From: Pecten maximus | Taxonomy: Eukaryota | Direction of reading: 5' to 3' | DNA: 64,000 nucleotides | NCBI RefSeq assembly: GCF_902652985.1 | Contig: NC_047015.1 | Coordinates: 29,946,001 to 30,010,000, forward strand | Part shown: positions 24,501 to 36,500 of the stretch, one piece after another | How the letters are laid out: every line of letters begins with the position of its first letter | Position numbering within the stretch: position 1 is the first letter of the stretch | Made by a program: the position numbers and the translations under genes | Notes under the pieces: model-generated | Seen by the model: the letters and a program-made list of their open reading frames with translations, nothing else | Databases searched by the model: none | Told to the model about the DNA's origin: nothing

Positions 24501-27500
24501 TACTAACGCATTGACATGTATTCCTGTGCCTTCGTGCACGTGTTGGCAATTCGTTCGTATTATATTTGTTTACTGATGGGTAATAGCCACTATTGCCCTG
24601 TTTAAAGATGGTGTCGGTGATATTTTGATACATGTCTAATCATGGTTTATATTTATACATACATGTATTACACATATATTTGATTGGGACGATTGATCAT
24701 ATGTCCTACAGATGGACTGAGTGCAGACACTTTCTACAATGTGACGAGACCTTTTCTTACGGGGTAAGTGATTCTTCCTTTAGAGTTTGGTTTGGTTTGT
24801 TTTGTTTATTGTCATATTATCAGCCAGGGTCATTTAAGGACGTGCCAGGTTTGGAGGTGGAGGAAAGCCGGAGTACCCGGAGAACCAAACCATCGGCCTA
24901 CGGTCAGTACCTGGTAAATGCTCCACATACATGTTGGTTTCGAACTCGCAACCCAGAGGTGGAGGGCTAGTGATACAGGAGTCCGAATATCCATTTTTTC
25001 CTAACAGAAAGGCAAAATCAATTGTTCATCAAATAAGATATCGATAATTTATACAATGAAAACATCAACAAAGCATAGTATTCGACAAATACCAACAGGG
25101 GCGACTAAATCGCAACCAGCCAGCTTGTGGCCGACTTCACCGAATCAAATACGCTGTTACCTGAATGAGGAATGATACTGTATGCTACGCATCCGGACCT
25201 CCTAGGGGAATTCTTTTGATATATACACATTTTGTTACGTGGAATTCCTCGACATCTTTTAATCTCACTGGGATATAGACCATAATAAATCCTTATTACA
25301 AACTTATAACACTCGCCTAATAACATATGTGATAGATGAAATATTCATGTTATCAAAAATCCTTGTATTAAGTTATAAATCGCTATTCCGAATGCCAAAC
25401 TAACTTTCAAGCTGTTGTGATTTGTACGGTATTATGATTTATTTGTAGATGGGGCGGGGAGAGTTCCCCTTTACCCGTGGGACTAGTGTATGAAGGAGTA
25501 AGTGATGATCCAGTCCAGGTAAGCTAAAATGATTCACATTGCAATGTAGCATAAGGCAGTGATATTGAGCGGGCGTTAAAACAGTCCGTACGATACTGAA
25601 TACATTCATAGAAACAGAAATACGTATTTATGCTTAATAATTTAAACTCACAAATGTAAAATATTATTGCGACAGAATATCTACTTGTAGTGTCAAGAAA
25701 AATTCTATTTAAGACGTTGGAAGCAGTTTGAGATTATTTCAAATCGTGTTCCAGTGATTTCCCCGTTGTGATACTGTTGTGTAAATGACTGTTTTGATTT
25801 GGTTTTACATGATGATATGTACTACAGGTGTATTATATACCTTTACATGATGATATGTACTACAGGTGTATTATATACCTTTACATGATGATATGTACTA
25901 CAGGTGTATTATATACCTTTACACGATGATATGTACTACAGGTGTATTATATACCTTTGCATGATGATATGTACTACAGGTGTATTATACACCTTTACAT
26001 GATGATATGTACTACAGGTGTATTATATACCTTTACATGATGATATGTACTACATGTGTATTATATATGTACCTTACACGATGATATGTACTACAGGTGT
26101 AGTATATAACTTTACGTGATGATATGTACTACAGGTGTATTATATACCTTTTATCCGGTAGATGACCGGAGGAAGTGCCGCCCAGAGTTCTACAATACAA
26201 AGTCTGGACGCTGCCCTCGGGATAACGCACGCGCCCGGTAAGTTGCGAGTGGGGAGGGGTTGCATGTTAAAATGTATCCTCTAAATATGCACTGAAATCA
26301 TTCCCGTACATGTATGCAGGTTTACAATGTCTTTCCTAATTTATTATAATTGTTTTTTACTAAGTGTTATGTATTCTTTGCATGTACATTTAGTTTTTTG
26401 AATATTTACCCATAGTATTTAACAGAGAACAAAATTATCCCGTTTTGAAATATAATGATGTGGTCTCCTTATTATCTGAATTCCTGGGAGAGAATTTTAC
26501 GTACAGTATATATCTTGCGTTTTAATGGATTTTGATCCATTTGTATTGGGTATTTTTAATTGTTAAACATTGATTTGCTTGATTACACTATAAATGTTGA
26601 GTCTACCATTAAAACGCATCAAATATTACCAGTTAGATTCCAGATTGAATCTATTCCCCCACGGAGAAGGGGTGTACTCCCGGACTCCATTCAAGTTATA
26701 TAGGCCTGTTGTATGGAAAACCCGAATTACTGATGTTTCCTCTCCCCAAGAGTATTGGCAAGTTGGTGTTCACTTAACACGAATATGTAAATACGATATT
26801 TGTGTGCAATATTGTAGATGTGCAGGCATTTTTTGACGGAATGAAGCCATATATGCCACGCCCACATCGAAAGTTTTTGGATGATATACGGACAAGGTCA
26901 AGAATCGCAGCTTACGGTCAGTGAATATTCCATCACATCTGTGCGTTAACGTTTACTTTGATCGAAAATGAGTGTCTGACGACAGGTTTGACTGGCTACT
27001 TATGCCCTGTTATTAATTAAAAGATGATGACATTCTCCTTTTTCCTTTTTGAATTTGACGTCCTACACATATAAATTATGATACCTTGGCTGTCTGAAGA
27101 AAACACAGATTTTATGTTAATACACTGCAATAATACCTGAACGAGTTTTATGTTGAAATTGCTACATCATTAGGCAAACGTTTGGTGATCTGAAGACTAA
27201 AGGACATTTTTTATCCTGTATCAAACAAGTTCTAGACGCTAACATTTAAGAAATCTTTGTGAGTTTGATTTCTGTTAATATTTCATATCCTATATCAAGC
27301 TGATATATTCGTCTGATGAGACAAAAACATTTTAATTTCATGGTTGTGAGATATGAACCGTAACCATACATTATTCTAAACTATTCACCGTTTCCAATTG
27401 CCACATAGGAGATTCTAAATTGTAGTCACAGAGGTGTACAAAAACGAGGTTTTTAGGGAAAAACAGCTCATTGTGCTCCAAATACGACAAATGTCAGTTT

Positions 27501-30500
27501 AAAAAGGAAAATCTGTGAAACTTTGTTCAAGATTTCAAGATATATTTATTCAACTCAGGTGCACTATTGATCGCAGCAAGAAGTCATGCATTTACAAAAA
27601 AATATCATACAATTTAATTGTCACCATCATCTTCTGAATGATTTGGTATTTCCGACAATATCATAGTCTTTCAGTTATATCTATACAGAAATAGTAAGAC
27701 ATAATTATCATCATATCACCTTATTTATTGAATATACCTAAACCTCGTGTATATATCTATACGTACAATGAGTACATAAGTTTAAAGTTATTCATAGTCA
27801 TAGGTCTACATGACATATAGATATGTACAGATATAGTTAGACAGAGGTTTTTCCTTTTTTTATCATTATCTAACCGTATTAGCAGTATTACATAAAATTA
27901 TGCAAACTTTACACATGGCGAAAAAACAATGATAAAACCAATATATAATACGTCTAAGTAAAGTATATCCAATGTAATTCTTCTTCTTCTAATATTGTTA
28001 AGTAATATAATGCTTCTATTTTTTCCAAAAATGTTTGACAAAACTTCAACATTGCATATGATACAAAGGCCGTACATTTTGTTCATATTAGGGTAAGAAC
28101 AGTGATTATAAGAAATATTTTTGTCAAAATTGTTTAACAGTTGCATGTTAACATTGGAAAAGATTGAAAAGATAATGATAAGTATCGCCAATGTCATGAA
28201 AACAAAGATTGCAAATTCTATTTTATTTTGGAATCTTTATACATCTCCCTGTTTCTATTGGTAAATACATATTAGATGTTTCAAACTTTGGATTGTCTTT
28301 CTATTGGTTTCAGCTTTAATAGGTATTTTTAAGAATTTGTTTTGAAAATAGATAAGGTACGTCCTCTTGAGGAGCTCTCAATATTGTTAAATCCTTTCTG
28401 GATAAACTGATCTTGTAATGTTAGTTTGTTAATAATTTCTATTAAATGTACTTTTTTTTTTTTTTTTTTTAATTCCAAATGAAATTTAAACCAGTTTCTG
28501 TTAATATATCAAAAACATTCTTTAACGGTTTGAACTCCCTTGTTCCATTTGTTTGTAAATTACACATTCAGCTACACATATCACTCGACAGATTATAACA
28601 CTATAGCAATTTACACCAAAACATAATTCTGCTTTTAGCTTCAATATATATATATAAAGGGGATAGCCCGGTCTCCCCATACATCATGAAGTTCGGTGTG
28701 CTTCTTCTAACATTTAATATACATTTGCAAAATTGCAAATGTACTTTTTCAACAGCACTTAAAGTTTCATTGTCCTATATTTCTACAGAAAAAAGTATTG
28801 ATACCACAAGAGAATAAAAAACATGTACATTATTGTATCTTTAACTGAAGGTCTACAAGTAAAGAATATATCTGATTTTTTTTATAAACAGCATGCATCC
28901 AGTATCCAATCATTACAATATATTTCAAATGCCCTAATAAGAGCATATCGGAGTCATTCAGCCGAATCGGACATAACGATAATATCATAATCATAGAGAA
29001 TTATAATCAACTTTAAGTACTTTTCTTGGCTTTCACTCACATTTTGTACTGTTTGTAAACAATTAACACCTTTTTCTGTAAAAAAATTCTTCACTTCTAG
29101 ATCATTTAGGTATATGGCATACAAAAATGGTGATAGTATTCTGAATTTACCATTAAGAACTATATGTATGAGCGTAAAAGGACCTTAACATGTCGTTGAG
29201 ATTCGTGTGCTATATGAAAAGTACAAACGAATAGATATGAAAAGTACAAACGAATTGTATTTGGAGCGCCAACGACTCTTCCTTACATGACCTCGTTTAT
29301 ACCAATGTGCTTTCAATTTAGAAATCTCACTTAATAAGGGGGGAAAGTCATCATATAAAATCATATTGAATTGTATTCCCGTGACTCCAGTACTTACTGA
29401 ATTTTTGTGTAATATCTACATGAGGTTACATCTAAAAAAAAATATTTTTTTTTGTATTTTTAGTCCGTTCAAGTTCGAATCAGGATGTGAACGACGCCTA
29501 CAATGACTGTATCACGTCTTTAGTGGACTTCCGTAGTTATCACATACAGATTGTCACCAAGTAGGTAACATACAGATTGTCACCAAGTAGGTAACATACA
29601 GATTGTCACCAAGTAGGTATCACATACAGATTGTCACCAAGTAGGTAACATACAGATTGTCACCAAGTAGGTATCACATACAGATTGTCACCAAGTAGGT
29701 ATCACATACAGATTGTCACCAAGTAGGTATCACATACAGATTGTCACCAAGAAGGTATCACATACAGATTGTCACCAAGTAGGTATCACATACAGATTGT
29801 CACCAAGTAGGTATCACATACAGATTGTCACCAAGTAGTTATCACATACAGATTGTCACCAAGTAGGTATCACATACAGATTGTCACCAAGTAGGTATCA
29901 CATACAGATTGTCACCAAGTAGGTATCACATACAGATTGTCACCAAGTAGGTATCACATACAGATTGTCACCAAGTAGGTATCACATACAGATTGTCACC
30001 AAGTAGGTATCACATACAGATTGTCACCAAGTAGGTATCACATACAGATTGTCACCAAGTAGGTATCACATACAGATTGTCACCAAGTAGGTATCACATA
30101 CAGATTGTCACCAAGTAGGTAACATACAGATTGTCACCAAGTAGGTATCACATACAGATTGTCACCAAGTAGGTATCACATACAGATTGTCACCAAGTAG
30201 GTATCACATACAGATTGTCACCAAGTAGGTATCACATACAGATTGTCACCAAGTAGGTATCACATACAGATTGTCACCAAGTAGGTATCACATACAGATT
30301 GTCACCAAGTAGGTATCACATACAGATTGTCACCAAGTAGGTATCACATACAGATTGTCACCAAGTAGGTATCACATACAGATTGTCACCAAGTAGGTAT
30401 CACATACAGATTGTCACCAAGTAGGTATCACATACAGATTGTCACCAAGTAGGTATCACATACAGATTGTCACCAAGTAGGTAACATACAGATTGTCACC

Positions 30501-33500
30501 AAGTAGGTATCACATACAGATTGTCATCAAGTAGGTATCACATACAGATTGTCACCAAGTAGGTAACATACAGATTGTCACAAAGTTGGTATCACATACA
30601 GATTGTCACCAAGTAGGTATCACATACAGATTGTCACCAAGTAGGTATCACATACAGATTGTCACCAAATAGGTAACATATAGATTGTCACCAAGTAGGT
30701 ATCACATACAGATTGTCACCAAGTTGGTATCACATACAGATTGTCACCAAGTAGGTACACTACAGCTTACGTGGACTTTGCGGTTTCCACGCGTCCGTCA
30801 CGGACGTGGGCATCGCGGACCCCACTCGCCCACCGGATATGGCATTCCGCGACGTTCCGTCATATATCGTGGACATCAGCTGACTGATACGGTATCCACT
30901 CGGCATCACGGTATGTGACGATCCGCGATTAGTGGTGGGCATAGTTCAACTCGAGACACCGTGTTCCACGACGATCCACGATACGTGGTGGACATGCATT
31001 TCATTTTAAAGCCCGTGGTCCATGTCGATCCGCGATATACAGTGGGTACAAGTTGTTTGCTGTTCATTTCTGATCTACACGAGTTATATCCCTTCGTCTT
31101 TCGGTAGCGGTAGTGGTATCGGTATCGTTTATCAGAATTATGCATGGTTCCATGTTGGCGGTGTAGATAAGCCTTTATGATTCGGATGAAATTGAAGAAC
31201 ATTTCAAGTTTTATTTAAAGCTTTAGACCCTTGGTCCATCAATAGCGTTATTATGGCCATATTATAAACATTAAAAAACAATCGCAATATATTAAGCACC
31301 GTTAATATTTAATGTAACTTAACATAAGCTGTTTCACCCATCCAGCATTCGCCATTGACGTATTCACGTTTTTAAAAAATATTCATTTATTTTAGAAATA
31401 TTGCATTCAGTACACGACATTGAATTGGGAAAATAGAAAAAAACCACTGCGACATAAGAACAGCTTTACCAAATCTCATCAAAATATCTAAACTTCGGCA
31501 TTTGAATCATTATTCCGTTATCTTTTAAACATCGGTGTTATCATGTTATCAGACTCCGACCATATTAAAATATGCGGAATATCGAATGTTGTGACAACTA
31601 GTTGTATATCTATTCTAAAGTGTACACACAAAAGAGCTGTAAATAACTGCCTATCTGGGTATCTTGTATACATGTAATATCGTCAATGTGGTATCTAAAC
31701 GGAAAACACAGACATGAATTAAACATTACATTATTGCATCAAAAGCAGAATGGATTCAGAATGTAATTAAAACATTACTACGGCCCTTTCTGCAATATAA
31801 TTTACATGTACAATGTTTATATACATTCCCTAAATGTACCGATTTATGATAACCATTTAATGTCTTTATATTTATCATGTATATTGAGTGCTTTGCATTC
31901 TGGTCCAATTATGGTTTCTGTTTCTATCACCACTGTGATTTCAATGATTTGTATTCAATCATATTTTAAGTCATAAATTACTCATTGAATGCAACACTTT
32001 TTATGCGGTGTTTTGCATAAACATGGCAGCCATAACCGCTGATTTTCTCGGCAGCTCGTCACACGCAGATGATTCTATTTTAGCTGTCTTGTCAATCAAA
32101 CGGGGTATCTGACGGCATCCGTGAGTTTCATTGGTTAGTGAGAATGATTGACAAGACACTAAAGCTTGTTACACTCCAGTGATCTCTGACTCTGTCAATC
32201 AAACACTGTAGAAAGGCGTCCGTTAATTCCATTGGTTGGTGAGAATGATCGACAAGTCAGCGTACGTGCACATGTTTTGTCGTCAGCTGTAATAGCAGAC
32301 GTAAAACCCGTTAAATAAATATTGAGAAATATTATCAAAAACTGTATCGATACATACCGTCAAAACTGATTATCTACCGGTTTTAATAGCCTATATAGGG
32401 ATATATTCCGCACAGTGACCTCACGTGTGAGGTTCGCCCAGAGACCGTATTTGAGTCATTGCATTAATAGTCTATTAAAAGTTTATTCTAGAGATGCTAA
32501 TATTTTAGGCAACGATGTTGCACGATTTGTGATATTCTGTTCCGACTCATCCACTCATCGGTTTTGGGTTACATTTCATTTGTTGGAGAGCTCGAGCTAA
32601 ATTATTGAAGATAGGAAAGTCTCAATGCACCTTCGATATCAGAGACGGGAATCGGTTGATCTGTGGAATAAACAATAAAAAAAAGTCCTGTCCTAGGACT
32701 GGTCATGATAATGTTATATGAATATCTACACGTAGAAACACGAACTGAGATACATCCGAGTCCGTTTTATAACCGACGAGTGGCCAACACCACAAAGGCC
32801 AGAGACCGGCAAGCCGCGGTCACAGAGGCGTGTTAAGATAATAGCCCGGTAAATACCACATCTTAATTATCTCTTAACTCTAACATGTTGAATTTACCTG
32901 TAGGGCAGTTTGTTTTGATAATGATTATATAAAAGGACTCCCAATGCCAAGAAGTGGATCCTTAACTGTAGGTAAATTTAATTCATTTATTCCTTTGGCG
33001 TTTCTACCAATCTGATTTTACAACATATACAAAGACATATACATGTACATTAGCAATACAAGATCGTGATATCACAGGTTCAACGGGATCAGACCGCTAT
33101 TTAGGAAATATATATAAACAAATGTAAACAGGTGCCTGCAATTAATGCGAATAAGACAACGATAATGCAAATGTAACATTTGGTATAATGTTCTATTATA
33201 ACGGGCCGTATACAACATGTCACAACTATATAATGTTCTGTTTTAACGGACCGTATATAACATGTAACCTCCCACTAAATATGTATTATAACGGGCCGTA
33301 AATCATATGTAACCTTTGAGCAATATTCTATTATAACGGGCCGTATAAAACATGTAACATCTCACTAAATGTCTATTAAAACGGACCATATATAACATGT
33401 AACATTTATATAACGCTCTAATATAACGGGCCGTATACAACATGTCACAATTATATCATGTTCTGTTTTAACGGACCGTATATAACATGTAACCTCCCAC

Positions 33501-36500
33501 TAAATATGTATTATAACGGGCCGTAAATCATATGTAACATTTGAGCAATATTCTATTATAACGGGCCGTATAAAACATGTAACATCTCACTAAATGTCTA
33601 TTAAAACGGACCATATATAACATGGAACATTTATATAACGCTCTATTATAACGGGCCGTATACAACATGTCACAATTATATAATGTTCTGTTTTAACGGA
33701 CCGTATATAACATGTAACTTCCCACTAAATATGTATTATAACGGGCCGTAAATCATATGTAACATTTGAGCAATATTCTATTATAACGGGCCGTATAAAA
33801 CATGTAACATCTCACTAAATGTCTATTAAAACGGACCATAGATAACATGTAACATTTATATAACGTTCTATTTAGTGTTATAACGGCACGTCTATAACAT
33901 GTCACAATTATATAATGTTCTGTGTTAACGGGCTGTATATAACATGTAACTTCTTACTAATTTTCTTTTATAATGGACCGTATATGGCATATGGCATTTG
34001 AATAATGTTCTATTTTAACGGGCGATATATAACATAACTTGTTACTAATTTTCTATTATACGGGCCGTATACAACATGTCACAATTATATTATATTCTGT
34101 TTTAACGGGCCGTATATAACATACATATTCTTACTAATTTTCTTTCATAATGGGCCGTATATGACATATGACACTTGAATAATGTTCTATTTTAACGGGC
34201 CATATATAGCAAGTAACTTCTTACTAATTTTCTATTATAACGGGCCATATACAACATGTCACAATTATATTATGTTCTGTTTTAACAGCCTGTATATAAC
34301 ATGTAAATTTTGAGCAATATTCTATTAAAACGGGCCGTATACAACATGCAACATCTCACTAATTTTCTATTATAACGGGCCGTTTATAACATGTCACAAT
34401 ATATAATGTTCTCTTTTAACGGGCCGTATAAAACATGTGATGCTGATGTAACCTCTTACTAATTTTCTATTATATCGGGCAGTATACAGCATGTAACATT
34501 TGAATAATGTTCTATCATAACGGGCCGTATACAACATGTAACATCTCACTAATTTTCTATTAAAACGGGCCCTATATAACATGTCACAATTATATAATGT
34601 TCTATTTTAACGGGCCGTTTATAACATGTAACTTCTTACTACGAACCTCACCTTACGACCACCTCAAAATTACGACCACCCCGCTATTACGGGCACTTTT
34701 TTTCAGTCCCGATTTTTTTCTCTATATATCTTTGTATTGGTCGCTTCACTATTACGACCACTTTGCTATTCCGTATTACGACCACCTTGGGCAGTCCCAA
34801 CGAATACTAATTAACGCTTATTACCCCCACAATTACGACCAGTTGGTCGTGTCTAAAAAATTACCTGGTGTGTAGCGAACCGTGAACAGCTTACGGTAAT
34901 GCGTGTCAAACTGGCCATTGACGTGTGTATACGTAATTATCGATCTTTTGTTTACTGACCAGTGTATCGACAGGTGAGTAGAATGGCTATTAATCTCTTT
35001 GAAATCTTCGCACTGACCGGAAGGTAAAATAAACATCCAGTCTTTCATTGTTCGTGACAAGCCAACATGTGCCGGGTTTTAGTTTGTAGTCCTTTGTTTA
35101 CCGTTACGGGTGATCGCCCTTCCTCGGTGGCGCTGTGACGGATTAAATACACAAGTGATCAGATTATCTATCTTGCCTTGAAAATTGTAATAACCGTACA
35201 TTTGCTTATTAATTATGGTATTCAAATAATTGATTTGTGGCTGTTGGTCGTTTTAAGACCCGATTACATACAAGCGAGTAAAATAAACATAGTAACGTTT
35301 GATTTTTTTCTGGTCAAGCGCAAGTTTTTTCAGCGATCTCGATGTTTTTGTATCAATGCCGAATAGGGTCTGTAGATAGGTGTTATTATAATTTAAAAAA
35401 AAAAAACATGTTTGGTTTCAAATATTTCGCTAGAATTATGCTATTCTTTCTAACTTCATTTCTTTTTTCGCTCATGATGGCCACATCACGTAAACGTAAC
35501 GAGTTATCACTAAAAAAGAAAATTGAACTGATTCAATGTAGCAATGGTCGTAGTCAACGACAACTTGCTGAACAGTTTGGGGTCGGCAAAACACAGGTCA
35601 GAGCATCTTGAAAAGAAAGACAGAAATTTTAGAAGGTTATGAAGAAAATAAAGGAAATGATAGACAAAAACAATTGTCTTTGTTTTTATTTAAAGTTAAG
35701 ACTATGGCATGTATTTAGCCAAATCTATACAACTTGCACCTGAGTTCAGTCAATTAAGAGTTACGGTTCCTGATGGTCTAGCTCAAATTGGTCCACCTTG
35801 GCACTTTGACCCGGACCCCCAGGTGTTCCTAATAGTGAGGTTTCACTGTAATTTTCTTTTATAACGGGCCGTATACAGCATGTAACATCTCACTGAATGT
35901 CTATTATAACGGGCCATATAACATTTAACTTCTTACTAATTTTCTACTATACTGGTGTAATGGGCCGTATACAACATGTAACATTTGAATAATTTTCTAT
36001 TTCAACGGGCCATGAAACATGTAACTTACTACTTTTCTTTTATTACGGGCCGTATACAACATATATAACGTGTAACGACTTACATCACCCTGTTCATAGC
36101 CTTTATTACGAGGACACGGGTTTCGTTGCATACCAATAACGATTTCGATTACAACACTTCTAATAATACAAGTTTAAAATGGAATTCGTACATGAAATAA
36201 ATGCTTAAAGTAAAGTTTCAACATCGTGGGTATGTGAATGTTCAAACTTAGGCTAATTATTTTATTTGTGATACGAATGTTTATTGTTTTAACTCAACGG
36301 AATTTAAATGTAAATAATGTGTTTAATTTAAAAATGAATCCCTACAGTAAAAAGAAATTTTTAACAAAACTCAAGCTAAATATACGTACAACCTGTAAAA
36401 GCATATATTCGGAACATTTTTGACGTGCACGGAAACCATACGTGTCAACTCACCAGCAGTTATAGGCGGGTTCCGATTAGAACACCCGACAGAACAGATA

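Noticed and set aside
29533-30757. CRISPR-like appearance of the 28-46 bp arrays here and elsewhere
   Set aside because: Head-to-tail units with no unique spacers, no cas genes, and a spliceosomal eukaryotic context.
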